Positions 38,620-50,790 of a DNA stretch of 50,821 nt are shown piece after piece. Both the position numbers and the translations under genes were made by a program. The notes under the pieces are model-generated. The model was given only the letters and a program-made list of their open reading frames with translations, was not told the DNA's origin and did no database searches. Positions within the stretch are counted from its first letter, which is position 1, and each line of letters opens with the position of its first letter. The stretch comes from Girardia tigrina. Lineage: Eukaryota. Where the stretch lies: contig MQRK01213622.1 of NCBI GenBank assembly GCA_001938485.1, forward strand, positions 102,768 to 153,588, given 5' to 3'.

Positions 38620-39290
38620 TAACCACTATTGTTGGACCACATTCAACTAAAGTTTAATATTCAAAATTTTGTTAAACAACATGAAATGCTTTAACTTTGA
38701 AATTGATTGATGGACATAAGTCTTATATAAAGCGTATAAAGGATTTAATGAACCAAAAAGGAACGTTGAAGATGAAACTCAAGCAAGACCAATACTTTAG
38801 GAATACTTTTCTCTGTTGTCTGAATAAAGTGTAAGCGTATAGCACCCTTAGAAATGCTGAGAACAAGAGGGCAGTCAACAAGGATCTCTTTGTAGCCCAA
38901 ATACATGGTTGGAAAATAGTTTTTTTATCAGAAAAGACTTAACGACCAGGATAAGTCATACGGATTAAAAACAACGCAAGGCCTCATGTCAAAGATACTT
39001 TTAATATACTATACACTTCTGACTTTGTGCTAACAGAAAATTCCTTTTTAAGTTCCACGTCAAAAGGAAATTAGTGGTTTCACTTTCCCTTAACTGAAAG
39101 ACGTTAAGAATTTATTCCCCATACACTTCGAGTTTAAGCCTACTAATTTATGGCTAAGAGCATCAATATGTTTATTTATGAATGAGAGTTTATTTTAAAA
39201 AAGATGTAAAATACATAATTGATTAATGCGTTCCTTTAATTTTTTCATGTTTCAATAAAAATATAAAAATGCTTGAATTTATTTGGTGAA
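38620..39290 (+). mobile_element. Degenerate mariner fragment
   Basis: NARPH (~38972-38990) and YTSDFVLTENSF (YSPDLAPSD-like) remnants. Confidence 0.55.
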
Positions 39291-39487
39291 TCGTTTGATT
39301 TTGGAGTTAGAATTCAGACTTTAAAAATGGTTCTTTCTAATAACAGATTCATTTAGAACTGCATATGACAGATAAAGGGATTATATTAAGTTGAAAATGT
39401 AAATTAAATTAAAGTTATATTTAAAGATTTTTAAACTTTTTTATCATTTTTAATTATTATTTATGTCTATTTTTACCAAAAATTCAG

Positions 39488-39524
39488 GTTGTGAAAATGG
39501 TCCGACTATTATTGAAAAATTCAA
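39488..39524 (+). CDS. Small internal exon of the same host gene (phase 1-2)
   Basis: Acceptor ttttaccaaaaattcAG and donor GTAAGT bound 37 nt reading (G)CENGPTIIEKF, in frame after the 30242 exon. Confidence 0.55.
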
Positions 39525-40310
39525 GTAAGTAATTTTGATATATTTAATTTAATTAGTTTCTATATATTATTAAAATATATTATTTTCATATACCAAATAA
39601 TTAAATAAAAATATTTTATCGTAGACATTTTTATTTCCCTATAGAAATGAAAAATAAATTTTTTTGTATTACTCGGATTTTATTTTCTAAAAGATTTTAT
39701 ATATTTAATGGTGAATTGATTAAGACAATATTTAATCCATCTATTATTTATATGAGATAATATAAAATTTTAAATAACTTTTATTATCTATATTTTAAAC
39801 TTTTATAAAAAGAAAATATAGATATAGAAATAAATTAATAATTGTTTGAAATAAACATACTTAAATATTAATTATTAAATACATTAAGTTTGTCGAAAGA
39901 AATTTCACATTTTATATTTCAATATTTATAGTATAAAAAATTTTAAAATAATTTATTAAATCTCTAAATAATGACAATTGTTAGATGTTGTAGGAACATC
40001 CTCAAGATTATTATTAAAAGTTGATTCTGACATCCAAATTTTATTCTTATACAAAAGTTTTTTTCAAAGCATGATTAACACTAATATTTGAACAAACTTA
40101 TTTTTGTAGAAACAATTCGTTTTATAATACTTAAACTGGTATAAATAAAAATACTTATAATCATAATATTTTATTTTATTTTAATTTTATAAAATTTGCT
40201 TTTCTTCAAATTTTATAATTTTTATTTACAAGAACATTTACAATTATTTAAAAGTTTTGTTAAATTTAATTAATATAAAACTTTCTTTTACAATCATCAA
40301 ATAATTACAT

Positions 40311-40668
40311 TATTAGGAACATTAATTGGATTTTCAATACATTTCTTCACATAATTTTTGTAACTAGTCATTGTTAATTTTGTTAATTCTGTTTTTGATA
40401 AATGTTATTCAAACAAATTTAAATTAAATTGAATTTACAATAATGATTACAAAATAATTTTAATAATTAAAAAAAATATTTTAAGTATATTATTTATGAT
40501 ATATTAATTTAATTTAAAAGTTTTTATTTATATTTTTTAAATTGATTAAATAATTCGACATTTTAAAACATTTAAAATATCAATCTTTCATCTGGGTGAG
40601 AGAAACTCAATCCAAAGACAGCATACCAAACAACATACAAATAAACACCATTCACAATATTCCTCACA
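40311..40668 (-). mobile_element. Solo-LTR-like element, family 1, copy E
   Basis: TSD TACAT/TACAA (4 of 5 match). Ends TGTGAGGAATATT...GTTCCTAATA; motif CTCTCACCCAGATGA. Confidence 0.7.
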
Positions 40669-41032
40669 TACAAAGTTTAAAGATTTCATACATTTAATTT
40701 TGTATATTTAATTTTACATTATTTCAAAAATTTTTAATAACATTTTTGAATTCTTAACAACAATAATTGAAAATAAATAATTTAATTATATTTAGTTTAA
40801 AAGGTATTAATTTATAATCACATCTTTTTAGAACAAAAAATAATTTAATTTAAAATTTCTACAGAATTGCTTCACGAAGTCTCTCAAGGGAAAATTGTCA
40901 TTCTTAATAAAACTCAAAAGACAATGTTGAGTTTTGGGACAAATCTTGTCCGAGAAACTGGGATAAGAATTGTTTCAGATAATTATTTTTGACTGTACTT
41001 AGAATCTATTTGATAAAATGTGGTACCGACTG

Positions 41033-41651
41033 CCGAACCAATTGGCGGCAACCAGCACCTCTTAATTGTGTGGGAAATTGTCGTTGGCAGACATGATCGG
41101 TCGGTTGTCCACTTATTACGATTGGTCCAATTATTACGATTTAAAAAATTAAAACAGAAACTATCAAAGTCGAAAATGCAACTCACCCGTCATATATGAC
41201 GGATCTTTTTCTAGTTGGTATAATAATTCTACATTGTAGTGATCCGATAATCGATTGCAAACAAAAAAACTGACTTTTGTTTAATTAAATAAAAATTATT
41301 AAACGCGGGAAATTCAAATGTGATAAAAATGTCGATGAAAATAAATTCTTCCGATTTCTTACTTTTTTAATTTTTTAAATTGTAATGGAATGAAATCGAG
41401 CGGACCATAGCTACCGCCGCATTGTTCAGCGAATCGGCATCCGGACAACCCACTTGGACGTATCGAGTGGACCACCGACCGATGCGACGCCGCCGATAGT
41501 ACCAACACACTTCGCTGAGTCGATGTAAGCCGTTTGCGGCGCCGACGCGCGCCCGCGTATCGACCATTGGACACTGAAACCGACCGATCATGTCCGCCAG
41601 CGACAATTTCCTGCACAATTAAAAGGTGCTGGTTGCCGCCACTCGGTTCGG
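41033..41651. repeat. GC-rich element with ~75-bp inverted repeats
   Basis: 41033-41106 (ccgaacc...ggcggcaaccagcacc...gacatgatcggtcggtt) is the inverted copy of 41578-41651. Confidence 0.8.
41130..41214 (+). mobile_element. Helitron 3' terminus
   Basis: Hairpin ccgtcatatatgacgg followed by tttttCTAG|t. Second copy in reverse at 50102-50186. Confidence 0.75.
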
Positions 41652-42299
41652 ACTAAATAACATACATAAATAACATACGGTTCATACATAAATAAATCCG
41701 TGATGATTGGCTATCATGATCGTCTATTAATGATCTGTAAAGATTGTGTAAGAATGTAATATACAGTTTGTATTAAATTACTGTCTGTACTAAATTTCCG
41801 AAGTACTGTCTTTGCAGACTGCGAAATTGTGAATATCAAACAACTACTTACTGGCAAAAACGGTTTTTCGTGATAGTCTATCACTGATAGACGAAAGTGA
41901 AGGTTTTAGCAGGTTAATTTTTAGCAGTTTAATTTTTAGCAGAAATTTTTAGCAGGTTAATTGATAGCATTAATAATGTATATAAAATCTTTATGGTTGA
42001 TTGAGGAGTTAGTGAAGGGAGCACTGCCCATCAATATGTTGTGTAACTAATTGATGACCTTCTCTAAAGTTTTAATGTTGACCAACATGATTTTTCACTA
42101 ATTTTATATGATGCTGCGTGACATATGACAGCTGCTGTTAATGATTAGCAAGTTCTTTATCCACATCTCTTTCAGGTAAATTGTGTAATGACATACTTTA
42201 GAATTGAGCTGAGGTGCTCGTCTTTTACAGTGATGTGGATGATCTCATTGCACGAATTTTTATTTGGAATTTAAAAGACCAAATAAATTTTCTCCTGTA

Positions 42300-43165
42300 C
42301 AAGAAAACAACAGGAATTCATTTGCTCACAACCAAAAACGTTCGAGGATAAAAGAAATCTATTATGATTTTACGAAAAGTGGGATGACAATTGGGAAATC
42401 AGCAGAACTAACTTGTTAATCTTAGTACGGTTAAAGCAATAATTCAGCAGTACAAAAAACATAATTGTCAATTAATTTGCAAGGAAAGGGTGGAAACGGT
42501 TTGAGAGGATTGATGAACCAATTTGTAATGGAAATTGAATAAGAATGACAATTTCAAACGTCGTGAAAGTATTTTTTCAGCGATGAGAGCGCCTTTTATT
42601 CTGATATTAAAATATCACAAATGTTGCGGTTTGCATGTTGCGTACAGCAAATCCACATTTTTATGAGCACTTTGAAGAACATCCTCCCATTATAAAGGCA
42701 TTGACAGCTATCTGCAAAATATTTGATTGAGCCATTCTTCAAAGATGATTTAGTAACTGCTGAGTGTAATGTTCATCTTTTGTAGATTGAATTTTTGCCA
42801 GCTTTGAATGCGAAATATATTATGCTTGAATAAAACTTACAAACAAGATTGAGCTCAGGCTCACACTGTTTTTAAAACAATACACTGCCTCAATCAGAAA
42901 TTTCCAGACCACTGATCATGTAAATTTGGTTCCACTGGCCTACCAAAAGCCAAAGTCTTTCACATTGCGATATTGCGCTTTAGAGGATTTTAAAACCAAA
43001 AATCTCGAAAGATTATGTCAAAACTATACAAAGAGTTGAAAAACGTTGTTCGACAAAATATTGCGGAAGTTCCAGTGACTGTGTTGCACTAAATTAAAAA
43101 TCGCACTTTTCGAAGTTTGCATCTGTGCATGGAAAAAAAGGGATTATAAGTTTGTAATAAATAAT
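42300..43165 (+). mobile_element. Degenerate maT/rosa-like transposase
   Basis: FSDESAF, QD*AQAH and WPTKSQSLSHCD (WPPRSPDLTPCD-like) remnants. Confidence 0.7.
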
Positions 43166-43202
43166 ACAGATAATTAATGAAAATTCTTATACAATATTTG
43201 TA

Positions 43203-43789
43203 CAGTCGTGGACATAATTCACCGGCCACCCTTGCATTTTAAAGAAAATTAATATCTATGTGCGTGTATGTGTAAGTGCATGTAAATAATGTTCTTCACT
43301 AACATCCAATAAGAATACAGCTTTAGTAGCATACTCACTATACTATTATGATATATACAAATATTTGTGTTAAGTATTTGTGATTATTCCGTCATGACTG
43401 GCAACCAACGTTTACCCACTCTGAGGGCACAAATCGTCGCTTTACACGACACTGGAGTCTCGAACCGTGCAATTGCCTGCGATTCAATATTAGCCGCGCT
43501 GCAGTAGCCGACACTCTCCGTCTTCATCAAGCCACCGGCGCCTTTGCCTATACGAAACTCAGTGGAAGGCCGCGTATTGCAAGCCAAGTGACAGATCGAG
43601 CCATTTTGAGATCCTGTAAGACCAATCAATTTGCTGGTTCCCGCGCAATACAAGCTGATCTTAGAGCTAACATGGATAAATTTCCTAGCGCACGAACCAT
43701 TCGTTTACGTTTGGTTGAAGGAGGCTTATATCAGTTAGTCAAAAATGTCAGTATTTTTTGGGCAGGCTGGTGAATTATGGCCACGACTA
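43203..43789 (+). mobile_element. Internally deleted Tc1 element
   Basis: TIRs cagtcgtggacataattcaccggcc and ggctggtgaattatggccacgacta; HTH remnants RAQIVALHDTGVSNRAIA and SARTIRLRLVEGGL. Confidence 0.85.
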
Positions 43790-44971
43790 TATGTGTTCAT
43801 TTCTAATGTGATTTATGAATTGGTGTACATACAAAACTCAGAAAGTGGTAGTGAAATATAAAACAATCTGTAATACTATTGAATTAATAAATTCTTCAGT
43901 TATTTTATTAATACTTTTATATATTTTCAATAAATCTCTTTTATGAAATATTTTTATTTCATACTTAATTTTATATTATTATAATAAAAAATAAATTAAA
44001 AGCAGACATTAATAATCGCTTTGTAACAATAATAATAATAATAATAATTAAAATATCAATGATAAAAAATGTTCTACTGTAATTGTTGTTTTTCCTTTTA
44101 TAATTGTTGTTCAGTACATTTTATTCGTAGTTTATTAAACATTGACACATAAAATGTTTGAAGGAAAACATATAATTCAATTAAATTTTATATTATAATA
44201 TTAAATTCAGTTTCTTAACGTTTAAAGTGCAAAAAATAGTAAGTTGTTAAGTACTCGTCCGTGTTAACAACATTCTCTTGAGATTACACCTAGAAAATTT
44301 GTAAAAAAGAAGTACATAAAAAATATAATTTATGACTGGTAAATTATAAAACAAAATGTTTTTCCACTCTAATTAAGAGAGAAAAGTCTGTTTCGTATTT
44401 ATTCCTTCATTTGGGAATAGAACCGTAGATTAATACATTGAAAGGGCTGTACAGATTTTATTAACATTTAGTTATAATTTTAATTATTGTGCTCGAAAAT
44501 TGCAAACGTTTAAAACAAAATTTAAATAATAATTTTAAAAAATAATCAAAATAAATTTATTTTTCAATGAAAACTAAAATAAAAGCGAAAACTTATTGAC
44601 ACAAACAATACGGTTTCCTCTTTATTAAATACAAAATAATAATGGAGTCAAACAAAATTACAAAGATTCAGTTATTAACTTTATTGAACCCACGGAAAAA
44701 ATGAAGTTTTTACAAATCACAAAAAATAAGTTGTGGTGAAATAAGATCACAATAATATAGAACTAACAGTTATAGTTGCGATAGGATAGTCGGTAACCGA
44801 ATAACTGTTGTAAAGAAAACTGTCCAAGCTAAGATATTTGTTCTTCTTACCTTTGGAAGGAATGGATTCGATTTTTAAAGTAAACGGGTGAGAGAAACTT
44901 CTTCAATAACTACTAGTAATAAAACTTCTTTTAAGGTAAATTCATCCGCGGTTATTAATTATAATTTTATC

Positions 44972-45170
44972 TTTTTCCATTCTTTTTATTAGCTTACTTT
45001 CTAGGTATATATGTATCCATGGAATTTAGAAACCTATTTTTGAAGGTCATTTACTCAATCTATTTCTGCAAACTTTGCGCACTTACTCAATCTCGATGAC
45101 AATAAATGATAATGTGAAAATTTGATCGAAAAACCTTTTTAAGGTCTCAGAATCAGGAAGAAACGGCTCC
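44972..45170 (+). repeat. Second copy of the 38090 Helitron-like repeat (5' part)
   Basis: gtatccatggaatttagaaacctatttttgaaggtc...tttgatcgaaaaa is shared with 38272-38400. Confidence 0.7.
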
Positions 45171-45188
45171 GAAATCAATATCGTTATT

Positions 45189-46085
45189 TTATGCCATTGT
45201 CAACACTTGATTTGCAAATTCCAAACATCTTTCACCTGAAAGTTTATTTGTGGGTTGATTGGTTTGAATCTTATATGTAAATAGCGACAATATTTTCTTG
45301 ATAATTCTTTGTACCGATGATTTGCGGATGTTCAGTTGCTTGCTTGCTATTCTAATTGATGTTGAAGGGCTTTGCTTGATCAATTCCTCAACTTTCTTAA
45401 CATTTTCTTCGACAATAGTCGTATTTTTCTTCGTTTACACACCTTCTTTATCGTCCATTACGCTACCAGTTGTCATAAATTTGTAAAATAATGATAAAAA
45501 TAGTTTAATTCATTTTAAATGCCTTTACTAACTTTTTAATTGTCTTTGGATTTATATTGTGGTGATTTCCAAACTTTTTCTTGAATAATTTAACCGCTTC
45601 TGATAGTGAATTCGTATCCCGATAAAATAAAACCATAAAACATCGTTGTTCTGTAGAATATCGGTTCATTTTCGCTGAATAAAGAGGAAACTTGAGCATT
45701 TTAGAAACTAAAACACACTCTAAATAAACAATATGGATTCTAGAGATCAAAATTACAATTTAGAATTAGAATTACAAATGATGAATTTATTATTTTAATC
45801 GATGAAATTAATTTAAATATCGATAAATCAAAATTTTCTAAACTTATAATTTATTGAATAACTTTGCTACTGTTCATTCATGTTTACTTCAAAAAAGTTG
45901 TTTAAAATTGAATAATCTATAAAATGAGTCATTATTTAACTTTAAAAATTTTTGAAAAACTTTGTTACGTAATATTTTATATGATGCTAGATTTTTAAAA
46001 ATTTTTTATTAGTCAATATACAATATATAGACCCTAAACTTCAATTTAACATCAAAATTAGCGAAGACATACCCTGTGGGACACC

Positions 46086-46088
<3 letters not shown>
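45189..46088 (-). mobile_element. maT/rosa-like transposon, 5' half
   Basis: TIR TA-cagggtgtccc. N-terminal HTH MNRYSTEQRCFMV..., TTGSV, SPSTSIRIASKQLNIRKSSVQRI...YKIQ...R.LEFA. Confidence 0.8.
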
Positions 46089-46133
<45 letters not shown>

Positions 46134-47739
46134 AATATTTGATGATATCTTCTATGATCATTCTTCATCTTTATATTCGTTGAGTGTTTGGCAAAGGTAT
46201 TCGCTAGAATGATCTACAAATTAAAATATTATTCTCTTAAAAATTCGATATAATAAATCAAAAAGAATAAAAGTATTTGTCTAATCATACACTGGTAAAA
46301 TGAATATATGTCAATATCACATTCAGTAGACAATTGGAAAAACAAAATTCAAAATTCTTTTAATTATTTTATTATTTATTATTGTGGATCAACTGAAAAG
46401 AGAAAGACAAAACAGCAAGCTTTATTCAAATAAACCGTTCTAAGTTCACTTTATTTATTTATTTTACAAAACAAAATACTAATATCGACACTTATTATTG
46501 AAACAAAAATAATATTTATCAAACAAAATAATTTAAACAAAATAAAACAAACAAAACAGAATAATTTTATTTTCGAAAAATAAAAGTTCGTTTTCAACTT
46601 TTAAAAATTGTGTTTACAAGAAAACAAAAGATAATTGTTTTTTTTCATTAAAAAAAAAGAATGATAATTTTCCATCGGAAATTAAACAATATTATTTTAA
46701 TTAATAAAATTAATTAAAAAGTGAATAAAAAATATTATTTTTCCAAAAATCTTATTACAAAGATTTTATTAAATTACAAAGAAAGAAAAATTTGATATTC
46801 TTTTCTTAAAAAAAATTTCGAAATTTCATTTTCATTTTGATGAATATTTTTTTATTGTTTAAATCCTTTTAATTTCCAATTTAATTTAAATTAATTTTAA
46901 CAAAATTTCTTAATTAATTTAATTTATGTTTGGAATGATTCTGTTGATAGAGAACATATATGAAGTGGCAGAATTAGAGGTCTCATTAGTCTCTCTGCCA
47001 TTAATTTTTTTTAATCGATTGCACTGAATTTGAAAATCTTTTTCTATAAGATTTTTATTCTGTGAATCGATTTTATTTTTTAAAGGATTGTTAGACATAT
47101 CCATAGAAACTTTAGAACATGTATCAATGCAAAAATCATCACTTACATTACACAAAGCCGCATGCTAATGCTAATTCATTCACAATTTTATTCCGTAATT
47201 TCTTTTCTTTCTCCAGCATTCTTTGTATGATCTTGCGGTGAATACTTCCGACGTCTTCATTGAACAACGCTTCATGCAATTTTTATCTGAAAATAAACGA
47301 TGGAATGATATTTTCTTCCACAAACCTTTCTAAAAAGCATAAGTCACCTGCTTTTCTTCTCAGTGAAGAAAATATCTTTTACAGAAAAAAATAAATGAAG
47401 AAAGGTTTTCATTTTCAGTCAATCTAAATGTCGTCGAAATATAACTACATGTTTTGTTTTACATTTGTTGGCATTTTCATCTAAGTAAAAATGATGTAAA
47501 AGCAGTCTGAATAAATTAATTAAAATGTTATTTGTATATTCAAATTCAATATTGGAGAAGCTAACCAAAGAAAATATTGATAAATTAATTAATAGACATA
47601 ATAAAGTGTATAAATATTCAAGATCATGATTAATCATGCAATACTAATACTATTATAATATCAGTTTTGAAGGACTTAAAATATTTTAAAATTCTGTTTT
47701 AAAAATATTATATAATGTCATAAATTTAATATCACGTAC

Positions 47740-47990
47740 CTAAAACACTGAAAATATGTTCGGTTATAAATCTCATTCACCGTTAGTATTTTGTTTGGAT
47801 TTCATTTACCAGTATACATGTAATGATTGCAACTACACATTCATTTGTGATAGTTCGCGTCATCCCTATATGAGAATCGAGGAACACAGTCGTAATGATT
47901 GGGAATGTAATATTGCTAGATATGGAAAACATTACAAAGGGAATAAATTTCCAAAACATTGAAATTCTATTCACTCAAATTAGGAATTTA
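47740..47990 (+). mobile_element. Penelope GIY-YIG fragment
   Basis: IYQYTCNDCNYTFICDSSRHPYMRIEEH. Confidence 0.6.
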
Positions 47991-48059
47991 AGATATATAT
48001 ATATATATAAAACATTAAGATTTAGTGGCAATTTATTTGTAAAAAAAATGAATAACAAA

Positions 48060-49115
48060 CGCCATTTTAAAAGTTTTTTATTTCTCAAAACATGTTTCGC
48101 CATTACGGCATCATCAGTTGTGAAGTAAATTTCAAATTACAAGTCATTTATATGGCACATTGTCAATTACGCAATTAATATTTTTTTAATTAATATTAAA
48201 AGATTTTAATATGATTGGATAATTCACTTTGAAAATTTAAGCATGGTTTTAAATGCTTTATTAATAATGCCTCAGTGACTATCCTCTCATGATATGTGTC
48301 AAAATTTTTCTTCAAAACTGTAAATTCAGTTTCATAGTTAACTTCATCTCTATTTCTGCATTTTTTAATGTGATCTAGAATTGAGCTATTCCTACTCAAT
48401 TGGGTGTGTTCAGCTATTCTAGTGCGGAGATGACGATTTGTTTCTCCAATGTACAAGGATTCACACTTGTGACATTTAAATTGATATACTAGATTGGCTT
48501 GGACACCCGATGGAGTTTTTGATTAATTTGAGAAATATCTCGATAGTTTATTAGTTATAAAGATCACCCGCAAATTAAAACCCGAAGGAACCTTTTTCAT
48601 TAGGCCTTTCCTCAAATCAGACGCGCCTTCAGAAAATGGTAATTTTAAATTTATTGTTTTTATTACATTACTACTATCATTATTTATAATGTTTTCATTT
48701 TTATTATTAGATTTTTTACGAATTGAGTCAATTGTATTTTTTATCAAATTATTTAAATAATTTTTATTGTACCCATTATTTTCTAACCTGCTTTTAAGAT
48801 CAACAATACCCTTATCCACACCACAATACGTAGAAGATAAATTCCATATTCTGGGAATTAATCCCTTCACCATATTTTTATTGTACTTGGGAACACAGAA
48901 ACTCATAGGATTATTGTATAAACCCGTGTCAGTACTCTTTCGAAATACTTCAGTTTCATAGCCCTTCGATTTTCTTTCAATCAATACATCCAAAATGAAA
49001 TCTTGCCCGCTGATTCGATTTCATTGGTAAATCTCATATTTGGATGAAGTTGATTCATAAATTGTAAAAAATTATCTATATGGTTTTTATTTTCAAAAAT
49101 CAAGAAGATATCATA
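48060..49115 (-). mobile_element. Penelope-like element, 3' half (RT C-terminus, GIY-YIG, pseudo-LTR)
   Basis: ORFs 48523-48993 and 48196-48456 (YIGETNRHLRTRIAEH, EALLIKHLKP.LN); hammerhead core at 48086-48120. Possible degraded 5' continuation to about 50090. Confidence 0.9.
48086..48120 (-). ncRNA. Minimal type I hammerhead ribozyme, intact core
   Basis: Reverse complement caa-CTGATGA-tGCC-gtaat-GGC-GAAA-catg-TT-ttg. Confidence 0.8.
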
Positions 49116-49116
49116 T

Positions 49117-49149
<33 letters not shown>

Positions 49150-50101
49150 TTATGATCTTTGGATTCTAAAATCAACTTTGAAACTCACTTTATCTCATTA
49201 TTTTTTTACGGCGTTTATAATAAATATCTTTAATAAACTTTTATTTTTCTTATACCAACAATTATTTTTCTTTTACATTAATATTATGTCTTCATTATAC
49301 TTGTGAAATGATACTGGGAAAATATTTATGCTAATATCAGTTAAATATTATGTACCATCATTATCAATGCGTATTATCTAATGAATTTACAACTCCCATT
49401 TTATTATTGATGAGTATTTCAGCCCCGGAAGGTCTGCCCTGTCTACCGTCGATAGATCTTATTGATATAAATTAAGCTTCACATCCCTGATTGTGAGAGT
49501 ATAAAATATTGCTTAATTTTTTAGTTTATTCTTCCAGAAAAATCAATATATTATAAAAATAAGGACTACCTTAAAGATGTACTTTGAAAGAAAACTCATC
49601 TTAACTTGAATGTTTTATAAATATTAGATTAACTCTAGAATTTCCGATGTAAAGTTTGTACTTTAAACTTGATGCGACTTTAGGTTTCATAGAAAAAAAC
49701 AATCATTCTTCATCAATCTCTCGTAAAACATCATTGTATAATACTTCTTTTCTTACAAAAAAAGAATTCGTGCTCTAATTACTTCTCAAAACGCTGCTCA
49801 AGATTACTGAGTTTGGGACAAAATCTATAGATTAAAAGAAAACTAATATTATAATATTATTTATTATTTGTGTTTTGAGAAAAGTAGTATTGATGAAGGA
49901 GAAGTAACCTTATCGAAATTTTAATATTAAATATATGATTGATGTTTTGAAGATCTTTGATGTGATACGTAATACAAATCTTTTTCCTTCTCTCATTGAT
50001 ATTTTTATCAATGTTTTAATAAAACCTCTTTTTCGAAGAATTAGTTATTCCCTTTTGCCAAAGGGTTTGTTAAATTGTCTGACATTTTGAAATATATTTA
50101 T

Positions 50102-50789
50102 TACCAGAAAAAGACCCGTCATATATGACGGGTGAGTTGAATTTTCGAATTTTGATAGTTTCTGTTTTAATTTTTTAAATCGTAATTATTATAATTTATT
50201 ATTTATTGTTTCGAATTCTGTGTTGATTTAACGGTCAGGCAGTTAAATCGGCTCCCGGAGCCTTTCGGCGAAAGCGCTGCACAGACAGAACCGTCTCGAT
50301 GCGGACTATGTAGAGTTATCTCAACTTTACGCGGATTCACTCACTGTTACTCCCTATTTCGCATTTTATCAGCATATATATGATAATAGTAAAATTTGAG
50401 CTTGACCGACAAACCGTGAATCAAATGATAACGAAATTTTGCAAATTTAGCCTAAATTGATTTTTAGAAATAAAATTAGTAAATAAGTGATAGAAATCGT
50501 CATTTATCACATAAAATAGTATTTTATTAGTATTTTCATAAACATTTTCACGAAATTATTTGTAGGAATCGGCCAAATCGTCATTATTCGAAATCAGTGT
50601 AATTTAACCATTTAACAACTTGTACGGTTTCCGATCGATTTCATCGGCTTCAGGGTATCTTTCGGCAGCGATAAAATTATATTGATGCGGGCTATCCAGA
50701 TTGACTACGCCCTTAAGTGAATTTATTCTGGTTTCTCCGAAATTTCACATTTTAAAGAGTGACCGACAAACAAACACACTTTTTAGACA

Positions 50790-50790
<1 letters not shown>
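50102..50790 (-). mobile_element. Helitron-like element
   Basis: Perfect palindrome acccgtcatatatgacgggt near a CTGG end; 50102-50186 matches 41130-41214; degenerate internal direct repeat with period about 350-400 bp. Confidence 0.6.

Noticed and set aside
5855-40668. Family 1 motif as a stand-alone Pol III ncRNA or miRNA gene cluster
   Set aside because: 5-bp TSDs abut the TGTGAGG terminus and a matching second terminus lies 360-500 bp away, so a mobile element explains the conservation more simply. The RNA-structure idea is kept only as a secondary hypothesis.
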